From Octopus bimaculoides (Eukaryota), in NCBI RefSeq assembly GCF_001194135.2, contig NC_068989.1, forward strand, positions 22,658,128 through 22,693,145: a stretch of DNA of 35,018 bases, read 5' to 3'. Every line of letters starts with the position of its first letter. Positions within the stretch are counted from its first letter, which is position 1. A program made the position numbers and the translations under genes. The notes beneath the pieces were generated by a model. The model did no database searches, was not told the origin of the DNA, and was given only the letters and a program-made list of their open reading frames with translations. Positions 33,288-35,018 of this stretch are shown in pieces.

Positions 33288-34798
33288 GACGGACGTGCTG
33301 TCACATCGGCTGCAGAGGTAAACCCCTTTTTGACGTTCTATTGCCCACATTTTGTTGGAATTTTTTAATATTTTTGTTGCGAAGCACCTAGGCTTCATTT
33401 CTGTGTATTTTCAAAGGCATGAATTGGCCCCCAGGGGCAGTTTCGGCCCTAGCAAAATACAAAAATTTCCATCTCGACATTTGAAAAATGTCGAGAAACA
33501 CAATTTTGGAACGCTTGTCTTGTTCTTTTGATGAGCATTTCCCGAGGCTTCAGATGCCAGAAGAGAAAAAAGAACAGAGTAGCGCGTGCTCACACAGTGA
33601 CAGGAACGCAGTTGCTGTAAACGTCACAAAGACGGCGATTACAGCTACTAACANNNNNNNNNNNNNNNNNNNNNNNNNNNNNNNNNNNNNNNNNNNNNNN
33701 NNNNNNNNNNNNNNNNNNNNNNNNNNNNNNNNNNNNNNNNNNNNNNNNNNNNNNNNNNNNNNNNNNNNNNNNNNNNNNNNNNNNNNNNNNNNNNNNNNNN
33801 NNNNNNNNNNNNNNNNNNNNNNNNNNNNNNNNNNNNNNNNNNNNNNNNNNNNNNNNNNNNNNNNNNNNNNNNNNNTATACGTTACGGATACTGTTAACAG
33901 CCCTGTCACCACCACCAACACCAACAACAAAAACAAAACTGTAACCAAGGTTACAAAACCATGCATAAAAACCGTCACAAATGTCTCTGACGTAAGCACC
34001 ATTGCTGCTGACGCCATCATCACTACCACCACCAACAACAACAACGACAACAACAACAACAACAACTGCAAGGACGCAAATTTATCGGCCGTCAGCNNNN
34101 NNNNNNNNNNNNNNNNNNNNNNNNNNNNNNNNNNNNNNNNNNNNNNNNNNNNNNNNNNNNNNNNNNNNNNNNNNNNNNNNNNNNNNNNNNNNNNNNATAT
34201 ACAGAAATGACAATTCCTGGCTGTCGATCTGTCTGTTACCACCTTGCTGCCTACACCAGTGAACCAATCTTGACGAAACTTTGTATACATGCTAAACTAA
34301 CATCCAGTTCAATTATAGGCTAATTGGATTTCATTAAAAATTTATAATGGACCCCTTAGTGGGGGTTGAGCTACTGTTTGGTAAAATGAGAAGCGTGCAA
34401 GAGTACTAGTCTGAGGAAAATGTGGTGACATAGTTAGTTTGACTAATATCAGTGAAGGGGAAAACAGTGTTGTCTAAGCGACAAATATGAAGCGGCGGTG
34501 GGGTGTTAAGGTTAATACAGCTGTCATTCAGGGGTATACACACGACGCTGCATACATACTTTCGTAAATACATAGATACATGCTTACACACACACACACT
34601 GCACACCCACCCACTGCACATACACACACAAACACATACTCACACACACACACACACACACACAAGCACATACATATAAGTAACTTTTAAAAAGCCAAGG
34701 AAGGGAAAGAAAGGTGGGTGTGAGGAATATGTAGCTTTAAGAGAGGGGTAGGTGGTTTTTCTGCTGTCCATCGCAAGAAACACACTCACACAGACATA

Positions 34799-34844
<46 letters not shown>

Positions 34845-34857
34845 TATAATACATATT

Positions 34858-35012
34858 AGCTGTGTAGTAAGTAGCTTGCTTACGAACCACATGGTTGCGA
34901 GTTCAGTCCCACTGCTTAGCACCTTGGGCAAGTGTCTTCTACTATAGCCTCGGGCCGACCAAAGCCTTGTGAGTGGATTTGGTAAACGGAAACTGAAAGA
35001 AGCCCGTCGTAT
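34858..35012 (+). mobile_element. SINE family A head, well conserved
   Basis: GCTGTGTAGTAAGTAGCTTGCTTACGAACCACATGG...GCACCTTGGGCAAGTGTCTTCTACTATAGCCTCGGGCCGACC...GGAAACTGAAAGAAGCCCGTCG then (TA)n. Confidence 0.9.
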
Positions 35013-35018
35013 ATATAT

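Noticed and set aside
34210-34370. Helentron/HINE-like motif (CCAATCTTGACGAAACTTTG plus a short GC hairpin)
   Set aside because: Too short and bounded by a gap; resemblance only.

Overview
Repeat-dense eukaryotic genomic DNA, not prokaryotic. It has ten N-gaps, almost all abutting microsatellites, and no protein-coding gene I can name. The mix of tRNA-derived SINEs and simple repeats looks like a cephalopod, probably Octopus, draft assembly (inference from recognising the repeat families). Nearly all long ORFs in the supplied track are artefacts of N-runs and microsatellites. Supportable content: three SINE families in many copies; several decayed R4/Dong-like non-LTR retrotransposons (RT plus restriction-like endonuclease) tied to (TAA)n tracts; a ~555-bp non-coding (TAA)n-flanked element in two inverted copies; two decayed Penelope-like elements; a ~360-bp foldback carrying a type I hammerhead ribozyme motif; a TA-flanked MITE; an internally deleted long-TIR DNA transposon; and two CpG-rich, YY1-motif-bearing candidate gene starts pointing outward (minus strand at ~2.3 kb, plus strand at ~29.7 kb). 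The most interesting signals are the hammerhead foldback, a ~130-codon insertion between the GIY and YIG strands of a Penelope endonuclease, a SINE-tail/(TAA)n-targeting LINE chain, and the all-plus-strand orientation of one SINE family. I found no evidence strong enough to claim a wholly new biological system.
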